From positions 2,126-66,125 of the forward strand of contig DLKT01000045.1 in NCBI GenBank assembly GCA_002477825.1: 64,000 nt of DNA. Reading direction: 5' to 3'. This document shows positions 43,509 to 52,983 of the stretch, piece by piece. This DNA is from Bacillales bacterium UBA7581. GTDB taxonomy: Bacteria; Bacillota_I; Bacilli_A; RFN20; CAG-826. The translations under genes and the position numbers were made by a program. Below the pieces are notes generated by a model that worked only from the letters and a program-made list of their open reading frames with translations, was not told the origin of the DNA and ran no database searches. Within the stretch, counting starts at the first letter, position 1. Each line of letters begins with the position of its first letter.

Positions 43509-45299
43509 ATGTTGAAGTTATTAAAAAAACTGAAGAAAAAAGATTTTATTCTCATCTTTATTTCTTTATTTATTATTACCCTCAGCGTTTATTTGGAATT
43601 AGAACTACCAACGTATACGAAAGAATTAACGCACTTAATTCAACTCGCGGATAGTCAAATAGAAGATATTCTCCTTACTGGAGGAAAAATGTTGTTATTT
43701 GCTTTAGGTGGCACAATTTGCACGATTATATCCGGTTATATTTCCGCTTATGTCAGTGCTGATTTAAGCTACAATGTCCGTGAAGATTTATTTAATCACA
43801 TCATGGATTTAGATGAAGTCGAAATGAAAACCATGTCGACTTCTACTTTAATTACTCGTACCACTAACGACATCACACAAATTCAAATGGTCATGTCCAT
43901 GGGCTTAACGATGATGTTTAAAGCGCCTTTAATGGCCATTTGGGGTACCATTAAAGTTATCCATACGAGTTGGCAATTTTCTTTAGCGACCGCTGTTGCA
44001 GTTGTGGTCATGGTCAGCGTCATTTTACTCATCATGAGTTTAGTATTACCCCGCTTTAAAAAAGTACAAAAATTAACCGATGATATGAACCGTATTGCTA
44101 GAGAAAATCTCACCGGTATTAAAGTGGTTCGCGCTTTTAATGCTGAAAAGTTTGAAGAAGAAAAGTTTGATCAAAAGAACGATGAACTCATTCATATTCA
44201 ATTATTTAACCGCTCCTTATTCTCTTTAATGATGCCGTTAATGACTTTAATTATGAGTGGCATCTCTTTGGCGGTTTATTGGATTGGCGCTTATTTATTA
44301 AACGCTGCTGATTTACTAAGTAAAGGTGACGTCCTTGGCGATATTGTCGCGTTTGGCTCTTATGGCATTATGATTATTCAAGCCTTTATGTTGCTGACAA
44401 TGATTTTCATGATGATTCCACGGGCGGAAGTTTCCGCAAAGCGGATTAATGAAGTTTTAGCGATTCCTGTACAAATTAAAGAAGGAAAAGAAGAAAAAGA
44501 AGCAGAATTAAAAGGTGATGTTGAATTTCATAACGTTTCTTTTCACTTCTTAGAAGGTGAAAATGTTTTAAACGATATTTCTTTCCATGTAAAAGAAGGC
44601 GAAACTTTAGCGATTATTGGCGCTACCGGAAGCGGAAAATCAACGATTGTAAACTTGGTAGCAAGGTTATTAGAAGCCACCCAAGGTGAAATTAAAATCG
44701 ATGGTCAAGATATCCGTTCGTATTCTTTTGATACACTCTATCAAAAAATTGGCTTTGTACAACAAAAAGCGGTTCTCTTTTCCGATTCCGTTAGAAACAA
44801 TCTTTTATTTGGTTTAAAAAATCAAGAAAAGACGGATGAAGAATTATGGAAAGCGCTAGATATTGCCCAAGCGAAAAACTTTGTAAGCAATTTACCTCAT
44901 CAATTGGACGCGCCTATTGCGGAAGGTGGTACTAATTTATCTGGCGGGCAAAAGCAACGTTTATCGATTGCTCGAGCGCTTGTTAGAAAACCAGAAATTC
45001 TCATCTTTGATGACTCGTTCTCTGCTTTAGATTATAAAACCGATAAAGAACTAAGAAAGCAAATTGCCACTCAATTAAAAGGCACTACCTGTATTATTGT
45101 AGCGCAGCGAATTGGCACCATTCGAAACGCCGATCAAATTCTCGTTTTAGATGATGGTCAAATCGTCGGTCATGGTAAACATGAAGAATTATTAAAAACT
45201 TGTTCCGTTTATCAAGAGATTGCTTTATCGCAATTATCCAAAGAAGAATTAGAAAAAGGAGGTGAGGCTTATGCCACCCATGAGACAAAGAGCGAATGA
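43509..45299 (+). CDS. ABC exporter, fused permease/ATPase subunit 1 (heterodimeric multidrug type)
   Basis: Six-TM domain plus an NBD with GATGSGKST, LSGGQKQRLSIARAL and ILIFDDSFSALD. ATG 43509 with an AAGGAGG RBS. Confidence 0.85.
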   Translation: MLKLLKKLKKKDFILIFISLFIITLSVYLELELPTYTKELTHLIQLADSQIEDILLTGGKMLLFALGGTICTIISGYISAYVSADLSYNVREDLFNHIMDLDEVEMKTMSTSTLITRTTNDITQIQMVMSMGLTMMFKAPLMAIWGTIKVIHTSWQFSLATAVAVVVMVSVILLIMSLVLPRFKKVQKLTDDMNRIARENLTGIKVVRAFNAEKFEEEKFDQKNDELIHIQLFNRSLFSLMMPLMTLIMSGISLAVYWIGAYLLNAADLLSKGDVLGDIVAFGSYGIMIIQAFMLLTMIFMMIPRAEVSAKRINEVLAIPVQIKEGKEEKEAELKGDVEFHNVSFHFLEGENVLNDISFHVKEGETLAIIGATGSGKSTIVNLVARLLEATQGEIKIDGQDIRSYSFDTLYQKIGFVQQKAVLFSDSVRNNLLFGLKNQEKTDEELWKALDIAQAKNFVSNLPHQLDAPIAEGGTNLSGGQKQRLSIARALVRKPEILIFDDSFSALDYKTDKELRKQIATQLKGTTCIIVAQRIGTIRNADQILVLDDGQIVGHGKHEELLKTCSVYQEIALSQLSKEELEKGGEAYATHETKSE

Positions 45300-47133
45300 G
45301 AAAGCAAAAGATAGCAAAAAAGCCTTTCACCGCTTAGTTCAGTATGTACACCAATATTTACCTATTTTTATTTTTTCTTTTGTTTTAGGCGCGATTGGGG
45401 CTGTTTTAGTGGTCATCGGGCCCAAGTTTCTAGAAAAGATTTCTAATCTACTCTATGATGCTATCAAGCAATTCTCGAGCACTCATATTTGGGTTGATGT
45501 CGATATTAAAAAAGTTGCATCCTTAGCGATTCAATTGATGACAATCTATGTGGTCAGTGCTCTCATCACTTTTATTACTAACATTGTATTAGCCCGCGTT
45601 ACCTTAAAGATTTCTAAAAGAATGCGGAGTGACTTAGAAAGAAAAATTAATAAAGTTCCTCTATCCTATTTTAGTAAAACAACTTATGGCGATGTCTTAA
45701 GCCGTATTACCAACGATGTCGATACGATTACCGATGCTTTAAATAATAGTATTGGCTCCTTAATTACCGCTATTTGTCAATTTATCGCCTGTATTATTAT
45801 GATGTTCTCTACCGACGTTTCTATGGCCTTTACTGCCATTATTAGTAGTGTATTAGGCTTCTTGATTATGTTTGCGATTGTCGCTAAATCACAAAAATAT
45901 TTTGCGATGCGTCAAAAAGCTTTAGGGGCTTTAAATGGTTATATTGAAGAAATGTATTCCGGTCATAGTGTGGTGCGTGCTTATAATGCGAATAGCGAAG
46001 TGAAAGAACGATTTGTTTCCTTAAATAGCGAAATGAAACACGCAAATTTCAAATCCCAATTCATTTCTGGTATGATGCCAGCCTTAATGACTTTTATTGG
46101 TAACTTAGGCTATGTTGCCGTTTGTGTTGTCGGTGCCTTAGAAGTCAAAAATGGCACGATTGAATTCGGTGTTATTTCTGCTTTTATTGTTTATGTCCGT
46201 CTCTTCACGCAACCTTTAAGCACCATCTCCCAAGGTTTCACGCAAATTCAATCTTGTATGGCCGCTAGTGAACGTGTCTTTGATTTCTTAGAAGAAAAAG
46301 AATTAGAAAATGAAGAAGAAAAAGATAGCGTTTTAGATAATGTAAAAGGCAATGTCACCTTCTCTCACGTTCGTTTTGCTTATGATGATGCACCCGATCA
46401 TATCGTTATTCAAGATTTCTCTTGTCAAGTAAAAGCCGGTCAAAAGGTAGCAATTGTCGGTCCTACTGGCGCTGGGAAAACCACATTAGTGAATTTATTA
46501 ATGCGTTTCTATGAACCGATTTCTGGTGATATTTTAATCGATAATAAAAAGACCTCAGATTATACAAGAGAAATGATTCATTCCCTTTTTGGAATGGTTT
46601 TACAAGAAACTTGGTTATTTGAGGGAACGGTAAAAGAAAATTTAGTATTTAACCGCACGGACGTTTCGGATGAAACCATCAAAAAAGCTTGTAAGGCTTG
46701 TGGCATTCATTCCTTTATTAAATCTTTACCACAAGGTTATGATACCGTTTTAAATGAAGATACCTCTTTATCGGCTGGTCAAAAGCAACTCTTTACCATT
46801 GCACGTGCAATGATACAAAATAGTCCAATGTTGATTTTAGATGAAGCGACTTCTAACGTCGATACAAGAACTGAAATTCTCATTCAAAACGCGATGGATC
46901 AATTAACCTCTTCTCGTACCTCTTTTGTTATCGCTCACCGTCTTAGCACGATTCGTAATGCCGATTTAATTCTTGTTATGAAAGATGGCGATATCATTGA
47001 ACAAGGCAATCATGACGAATTAATGATGAAAAATGGTTTCTACGCTACATTATATAATTCACAATTCGATGAAGAAAATGATGGTTCTATTGATTCCATG
47101 ATTGCCCAACAAAAATTAAAAGAAGCAAAATAA
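45271..47133 (+). CDS. ABC exporter, fused permease/ATPase subunit 2
   Basis: GPTGAGKTT, LSAGQKQLFTIARAM and LILDEATSNVD motifs. ATG 45271 (GGAGGTGAGG RBS) overlaps the end of subunit 1. Confidence 0.85.
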   Translation: MPPMRQRANEKAKDSKKAFHRLVQYVHQYLPIFIFSFVLGAIGAVLVVIGPKFLEKISNLLYDAIKQFSSTHIWVDVDIKKVASLAIQLMTIYVVSALITFITNIVLARVTLKISKRMRSDLERKINKVPLSYFSKTTYGDVLSRITNDVDTITDALNNSIGSLITAICQFIACIIMMFSTDVSMAFTAIISSVLGFLIMFAIVAKSQKYFAMRQKALGALNGYIEEMYSGHSVVRAYNANSEVKERFVSLNSEMKHANFKSQFISGMMPALMTFIGNLGYVAVCVVGALEVKNGTIEFGVISAFIVYVRLFTQPLSTISQGFTQIQSCMAASERVFDFLEEKELENEEEKDSVLDNVKGNVTFSHVRFAYDDAPDHIVIQDFSCQVKAGQKVAIVGPTGAGKTTLVNLLMRFYEPISGDILIDNKKTSDYTREMIHSLFGMVLQETWLFEGTVKENLVFNRTDVSDETIKKACKACGIHSFIKSLPQGYDTVLNEDTSLSAGQKQLFTIARAMIQNSPMLILDEATSNVDTRTEILIQNAMDQLTSSRTSFVIAHRLSTIRNADLILVMKDGDIIEQGNHDELMMKNGFYATLYNSQFDEENDGSIDSMIAQQKLKEAK

Positions 47134-47195
47134 CTTCCATTTTATTTAAAAATCGTCTATAGTATAGAGTTTCTCTATTAGAAAGGAGTTTCATT

Positions 47196-48080
47196 ATGGA
47201 AAAAATTTTAATTATGACCGATTCAAATGCCTCCATTTCTCAAGAGGAAGCCAAAAAACTTCATGTTTATGTCATTCCTATGCCCTTTATCATTAACGAA
47301 GAAGAATATTATGAAGGAATTAATATTCATGAAGAAGAATTCTTATCTGCTTTAAGAAAAGGCGCTAAAATATCGACTTCTCAACCTTCTAGCTTTTTAC
47401 TAGAAGAAATCTTTAAAGAAGAATTACAAAAATATGAAGACATTATTTTTATTCCGATGTCTTCTGGTTTATCTTCTACATTTCAAAACGCCAAACAGGT
47501 TGCGGAATCGATTTCTCCACGTATTCATGTTGTTGATAATCACCGCGTCTGCATTCCTTTAAAAGAAAGTGTTTTAGAAGCTTGTTCGATGCGTGATCAA
47601 AATAAAAACGTTGATGAAATATGCGATTATTTAATCAGAACTAGCGCAAAATCATCAGTATATGTCTATATGGATACGTTAAAGTATTTAAAAAAGGGTG
47701 GAAGAGTGAAACCTGCGGTTGCACTTTTCGCAACGCTTTTAAGAATTAAACCGATTATTTCTACTCGTGGTTCCTCTTTTGATATGTTTTCTCGTTGTCG
47801 CACTTTAAAAGAAGGCAAAAAGAAAATGATGAATCAACTAAAAATTGATATTGAAAATGAATTTAAAGAGGAATATGAAAAAGGCCTTATGAGTATTTCC
47901 ATTAATCATTCAGGCCTTTATCAAGAAGCGGAAGAATTTAAAAATGAACTCATTGCTGCTTTTCCTAAAGCCCAGTTTCATTTCATTCAGTTCTTCCCTT
48001 ATAGTGCAGCCTGCCATATTGGGCCGGATGCTTTAGGTGTCGCTGTGACCATTAATTCTTTCTCCCTTCCAAAGAATTAA
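47196..48080 (+). CDS. DegV-family fatty-acid-binding protein
   Basis: ILIMTDSNASIS..., STSQPS and LKYLKKGGRV motifs typical of DegV; 294 aa. Confidence 0.85.
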   Translation: MEKILIMTDSNASISQEEAKKLHVYVIPMPFIINEEEYYEGINIHEEEFLSALRKGAKISTSQPSSFLLEEIFKEELQKYEDIIFIPMSSGLSSTFQNAKQVAESISPRIHVVDNHRVCIPLKESVLEACSMRDQNKNVDEICDYLIRTSAKSSVYVYMDTLKYLKKGGRVKPAVALFATLLRIKPIISTRGSSFDMFSRCRTLKEGKKKMMNQLKIDIENEFKEEYEKGLMSISINHSGLYQEAEEFKNELIAAFPKAQFHFIQFFPYSAACHIGPDALGVAVTINSFSLPKN

Positions 48081-48090
48081 TCGCAAAAAA

Positions 48091-48126
48091 AATGAGAGTT
48101 GCGTCCCCTTGCAATTCTCATTTTTA
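48091..48126. terminator. Bidirectional terminator between degV and the lipoprotein operon
   Basis: AATGAGAGTTGC / GCAATTCTCATT stem (one mismatch), A8 before and T5 after. Confidence 0.65.
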
Positions 48127-48134
48127 TTTTGCTT

Positions 48135-49835
48135 TTATAAAGTTTTTAAGAAGTCATCAACAACGGGAATGGTAACACTACCAAAGCCACTATATTGATA
48201 ACTTGAGTATAAATATGTCGTTTGACCTAATACGGTCATAATCACGCCATAATTCATGACTGAATTTTCTGGATTTTCTTCATCAATGTAGGATGCGAAA
48301 ATAAAACCATTTGTCGTTGCATCAAAGGCATTCACTTCATCTTGGAATAAAGAATAAGCAACATTTTGAGCCGTTTCTGCATTACTATAGAATTGACTAT
48401 AGGTTGTTGGATAATCCGACGTAGTTGTTGGAGTAAATGTATATTCTTTTCCTTCTAAGTATTCCATCACTAATGAAATATTTTCCATAAAGTCATAGTA
48501 ATGTAAATAAGGGTTTCCTTGATAATCTTTATCCGTAATTCGATTACCTAAAACAAAATCTTGGGTACCTTCAGCATTTCTTTTATAAGTGAATTCATAA
48601 ACGCCATCCGTGTAGCCTTCTTTTCCACTGATATTGACATATCCTTTATCAAAGAGTGTATCTTGTTGCTCAACTTCATCAATATATTCTTCATTGAAGT
48701 CATAATACATTGCGTTTTCAGTGAAATAGACTTTTCCAATAGGCATCTTTACTCCACCTACGCCAGTATAAGTACCTAAATCACGATAATAATTATGAGT
48801 TTTAGCAAGATTTTTTGCTTTTAAGAAATCAGCTTCAATTTCTGGATATGTAATAGAATGGTCAGCTAAATAACTTTGAAGCTTTTCATTACTTTTAGCT
48901 TGATCATCTTTGGTAAAAGTTAAAGAAGCTCCTTCTACTTTTTCACTAAAATTCAAATCACAAGTAAAGGAATAGGGTGTTAAAATATGAATGGTTACGC
49001 TTGTCATTTTAGCGGCTAAATCATTTTGAAGTGATTGATATTCGGATTGATTAACATTGATATTTTGGCTCCAACTATAGAACATTAAACCCATGAATGA
49101 CGTATTGCTTACTTCATAAGTATTATCTTCTGATTTATTGATACTTGAGAAATTAATACCTACAGAGGATAAATCTGTCATATCGACAATGACATCTTCA
49201 TAGTTTTTGTTATATGCACGCATATAAATGGCGCTTGTAATATCATCTTCGGTGAAATTATAAACATAAGTGCCTTCCTTGCCTTCTCCAATCCCATAAG
49301 TAGGAAGCATTAAGGAACTCATATTTGTGAATAAATAAGAATCTTTATAATGAAATTCTTTAAATTTCATTTCTTTGGTACCTAATGTTGTCTCAACGTT
49401 TCCTTTTCCTTCAACCACATAAGTCGAATTCTCATCGGTAAAGCGTTTAAACACTAGCCCAATTTGCATACTTTCTTGCACTTTAATTGTGATGCTTTGA
49501 TGAATGTTTTCATTCGAAATCAAAGTAGCTTTGATCGTAACTTCTCCAATAGACATGCCTTTAACCATGCCTGTGCTAGAAACAGTAGCGATATTCTTAT
49601 CACTACTCTCCCAACGAACTTTTTGTTCAGCACCATTAAAGGTTGCTTTCAATTGAATATGTTCACGAAGTCCAACTTCTAAAGGTCCTTCAATCGCTAT
49701 GGAATCAATTAAGGTACCTGCTGTTGTGGTTTCACTAGATGTTCCACTTCCCGTTGTGCTTCCACAAGACGTTCCCATAAAAGAGAACGTCAAAGAAGCA
49801 AGTAAAGTAACTAATAAAAAATTAAAGCGCTTCAT
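48135..49835 (-). CDS. Lipoprotein with N-terminal Big_2 (bacterial Ig-like) domain
   Basis: Signal peptide ending in MGTSC. Big_2 pattern IEGPLEVGLREHIQLKATFNGAEQKVRWESSDKNIATVSSTGMVKGMSIGEVTIKA. 14-nt overlap with the upstream gene. Confidence 0.7.
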   Translation of the reverse strand: MKRFNFLLVTLLASLTFSFMGTSCGSTTGSGTSSETTTAGTLIDSIAIEGPLEVGLREHIQLKATFNGAEQKVRWESSDKNIATVSSTGMVKGMSIGEVTIKATLISNENIHQSITIKVQESMQIGLVFKRFTDENSTYVVEGKGNVETTLGTKEMKFKEFHYKDSYLFTNMSSLMLPTYGIGEGKEGTYVYNFTEDDITSAIYMRAYNKNYEDVIVDMTDLSSVGINFSSINKSEDNTYEVSNTSFMGLMFYSWSQNINVNQSEYQSLQNDLAAKMTSVTIHILTPYSFTCDLNFSEKVEGASLTFTKDDQAKSNEKLQSYLADHSITYPEIEADFLKAKNLAKTHNYYRDLGTYTGVGGVKMPIGKVYFTENAMYYDFNEEYIDEVEQQDTLFDKGYVNISGKEGYTDGVYEFTYKRNAEGTQDFVLGNRITDKDYQGNPYLHYYDFMENISLVMEYLEGKEYTFTPTTTSDYPTTYSQFYSNAETAQNVAYSLFQDEVNAFDATTNGFIFASYIDEENPENSVMNYGVIMTVLGQTTYLYSSYQYSGFGSVTIPVVDDFLKTL

Positions 49836-51414
49836 AAGCAGAACGTGTCACACCAAATTGGGTGCTGGCTGGATTTCCATAGTTTTCAAAAGAAACAGAG
49901 GCTGCTTCAAAGCATAAGTTTAAGCCTACTCTACTTTGAATAATGGAAGAGAAAGCACTAGTTCCAATGGATTTAACCGAAGCTGGAACATAAGCTTTTT
50001 TCATATCACGGTAATCATAGAAGGCAGCTTCTCCAATAGACTCTAAACCATCATTTAAATTTAATTCCTTTAAAGAAGAATTGCTTTGGAAAGCTTTCAT
50101 ACCAATGGTACGAAGGGTACTTGGGAAAGTAATAGAAGCAATATTAGAGCAGCTAAGGAAAGCTGTATCACCAATTGCAGTTACTTTGGTATCTTTTAAA
50201 TCTAAAGCAGATAAACCTGAACATCCAGAAAATGCACTTTCACCGATTTCTGTAATTCCACTTGGGAAAGAAAGGGTGGTTAAACCACGGCAGTAAGAGA
50301 ATGTACGTGGTGCAATAGCAGTTAAAGAAGATGGTAAGGTAACCGTTTTTAAGCCAGTGCAAGCAGAGAAAGCTGCTTCTCCAATGGTAGCAACACTATT
50401 AGGAATGGTGATACGGCTTAAAGATGAGCAACCATAGAATGCACTCTTACCAATAGATTTTAAAGACTTTGGTAAGTCAACGGCAGTAAGCTTAGGGCAG
50501 TTGCTAAAGAATTCATCTGGAAGTTCTTCATAATCTGCACGGAAGGTAAAGCTAGTTAAGCTAGAGTTCTTATAGAAAGCACCAGCACCTAAAGTTTTTA
50601 CGGTTTCTGGAAGGATGATGGCGGTTACGGAAGTATTTTCTGAGAATGCTAGTTCACCAATTGTTTCAAGTTGCGTTTTATGAAGTGGTAAAGAAGTAAC
50701 ATTAAATAAAGCCGCCAAACCTCTTCTCTCTACTTCTTTTAAAGAGGAAGAAAGAGAAATGCTCGTTAAATTTTGGTTACCATATAAAGCGTTTGCACGT
50801 ACTTTGGTAACGGTATTTGGCATATCGTAAGAAGTACTCTTAATGGCTTCTGGATAGTAGACTAATTCGGTCATATCTTTGGTATAAAGAATATTGCTAG
50901 CCGTGGTATAGTATTTGTTATCATCGGATATTGTAATTTTTGCTAAACTGGTGCTAAGACCAAAGGCTTTAGTACCAATTTCTTTTAAAGTGGAAGGAAT
51001 AACGATTTCCTTTACCGATGGAATGTAGTAGAAAGATTCTTCACCGATAGAAGTAACTCCTTCAGGAATTTCAATCTTGGTAATTAAAGATTCAGCACTT
51101 AATCCTAAGAAGGCACGATCACCAATGGTACGTAAACTCTTAGGTAGCGTTAAGCTATCAATGGTGGTGTACATAAATGCTTCATCACCAATGGCTCTTA
51201 CAGGAAGTCTGTTATAGAGCTCAGGAACAACGATTTCCGTTTCCACGGTTGCGCAATTCGTTAAAATATAGCCATTTTTCTTTTCATTTAGTTCATAAAT
51301 CAAGCCATCTGTTCCATCAGTAATGGAATAATGTTCACCTGCTCCGCAAGAGGCTAAACCTGCGGTACCAAATAATAATAGTGCTGTTAAAGCAAATGTT
51401 GTTGTTTTTTTCAT
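49822..51414 (-). CDS. BspA-type leucine-rich-repeat (LRR_5) lipoprotein
   Basis: Lipobox GLASC. About 18 repeats of the pattern IP-x-SV-x-IG-x-xAF-x-C-x-L. Confidence 0.8.
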   Translation of the reverse strand: MKKTTTFALTALLLFGTAGLASCGAGEHYSITDGTDGLIYELNEKKNGYILTNCATVETEIVVPELYNRLPVRAIGDEAFMYTTIDSLTLPKSLRTIGDRAFLGLSAESLITKIEIPEGVTSIGEESFYYIPSVKEIVIPSTLKEIGTKAFGLSTSLAKITISDDNKYYTTASNILYTKDMTELVYYPEAIKSTSYDMPNTVTKVRANALYGNQNLTSISLSSSLKEVERRGLAALFNVTSLPLHKTQLETIGELAFSENTSVTAIILPETVKTLGAGAFYKNSSLTSFTFRADYEELPDEFFSNCPKLTAVDLPKSLKSIGKSAFYGCSSLSRITIPNSVATIGEAAFSACTGLKTVTLPSSLTAIAPRTFSYCRGLTTLSFPSGITEIGESAFSGCSGLSALDLKDTKVTAIGDTAFLSCSNIASITFPSTLRTIGMKAFQSNSSLKELNLNDGLESIGEAAFYDYRDMKKAYVPASVKSIGTSAFSSIIQSRVGLNLCFEAASVSFENYGNPASTQFGVTRSAYEAL

Positions 51415-51439
51415 ATTTGTTTTCCTTTCTTTTTAACGA

Positions 51440-52828
51440 TTAAGCTTCAACAAAATAGGAAGGAATCGTTGAATTGTTCATATCTTTAAATGTAATTGTC
51501 GTTGTGCAAAGTGTGGTAACATAATTCATTTCAGAAATGGCTACACTGACATTTGCAGAGAGAATAATGGTAAGGTTAAATTCATCATCTACTTTTAAGG
51601 TTAAGTCAGCAGTTCTCCATTCAATAAATGGCAATAAAGAACGTAAGCCAACGGTTTTCACATCGCTTAATTCATAAGTTGTAAACATACCACCACCTAA
51701 AGATCGGTAGCATGCTGCATCAACATAACCAATGGATGGGAAAAGGTTTTGCATAACGACTTCAGAAGTTCCGCTATAACCCCAGTATTTATTAAAGTCA
51801 TCGAAACGAATGGTTTCATGTGTGGTGGGATCTAAGCGATACATATATGGCTTTCCATTTTCACCATTCTTTAATCCTAAAATATAATCATACTGTTCAT
51901 ATTCGTCTTCCATTTCACCAGTTTCTTCATTTTTCACTTGAACAGTTTTCATACCTGTTCTTGTTTCTAAAGAAAGCATCATATTATTTTTGAAGTCTAA
52001 AATGAAATCATAATTCTCATTAGGAACTGAAGCATCTTCATAGGTAACGTCAAAATTCATCGTAACGTTTTTCGCACTTTTGAATGGGAAAAATGCTTCA
52101 CGCAATTTTTCATGTTCTGCCTCTACTTCTTCAAAAGGTTCTAATTTTTTTGGTGTAGTTTCACCATAACCTGTAATGTCCAATTCAAATAAATATTGTT
52201 CAAGCATGGAATAATCATCATCCGCTTCTTCATATTCTAGAAGAATATAGAATTGGTCAAATACATCTCCATCAAAGTGAACGGCAAATTGGGAAACGTT
52301 TAAACCATCATCACTCGTTACATCATAACCCGTTAAGAAAGTAATAAAGGGTTTAGAAATATTATAATCATTCACTTCAAACCAGTTGGGCTTTGAACGA
52401 ATAATACCTAATTTCTTTACTTCTAAATTTGGGAATGGGTTACTCATTACTTCATCATAACTTTGATCGTAATAAGACTCTAAAACTTGATTGCTCATAT
52501 AATTTAATGTACGGCGACCAAATTTTCCTTCGTCGGTTTTGAAATAATTTTCCACCATCGTTGGATTGTTGTACTTTAAATTCTGTTCGGAATAATAATA
52601 CGCATCTTGGCTAACTTCAATATCTACTAAATAGTTCGTCTCAGTGGTTGATGAGCCATCGTAATATAGATAGCCTAACGTTCCATCCGCTTTAAATGAA
52701 GTTCCCATCTTTGTAATGGCTCTTGTTAATTGTGAAAATAAGCCTTCGGGTTGAGAACTTGGCTCTGTTGTTCCACAAGACATAAGTACGAGTGCTAAGG
52801 AACACCAAAGTATTTTTTTGTTTTTCAT
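51440..52828 (-). CDS. Lipoprotein of unknown function
   Basis: Signal peptide plus lipobox (LVLMSC). 462 aa, acidic and Tyr-rich. First gene of the three-gene minus-strand unit. Confidence 0.6.
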   Translation of the reverse strand: MKNKKILWCSLALVLMSCGTTEPSSQPEGLFSQLTRAITKMGTSFKADGTLGYLYYDGSSTTETNYLVDIEVSQDAYYYSEQNLKYNNPTMVENYFKTDEGKFGRRTLNYMSNQVLESYYDQSYDEVMSNPFPNLEVKKLGIIRSKPNWFEVNDYNISKPFITFLTGYDVTSDDGLNVSQFAVHFDGDVFDQFYILLEYEEADDDYSMLEQYLFELDITGYGETTPKKLEPFEEVEAEHEKLREAFFPFKSAKNVTMNFDVTYEDASVPNENYDFILDFKNNMMLSLETRTGMKTVQVKNEETGEMEDEYEQYDYILGLKNGENGKPYMYRLDPTTHETIRFDDFNKYWGYSGTSEVVMQNLFPSIGYVDAACYRSLGGGMFTTYELSDVKTVGLRSLLPFIEWRTADLTLKVDDEFNLTIILSANVSVAISEMNYVTTLCTTTITFKDMNNSTIPSYFVEA

Positions 52829-52857
52829 AAAACATCCTCCTTCTATCAGTTTTTGAA

Positions 52858-52875
52858 TACTCTATAAATAGAGTA
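52858..52875. promoter_or_regulatory. Perfect 18-bp palindrome in the divergent lipoprotein control region
   Basis: TACTCTAT-AA-ATAGAGTA, lying 30 nt from the start of the minus-strand lipoprotein operon. Confidence 0.5.
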
Positions 52876-52983
52876 AGAAACTAAAATGATAGATACATTA
52901 TACACACATTAAAATCAAATTTCTATTTATTTTTTCAAAATATTATTGTAAACTACTATCTATAAAAAAAGGAGGGCTTCTTT

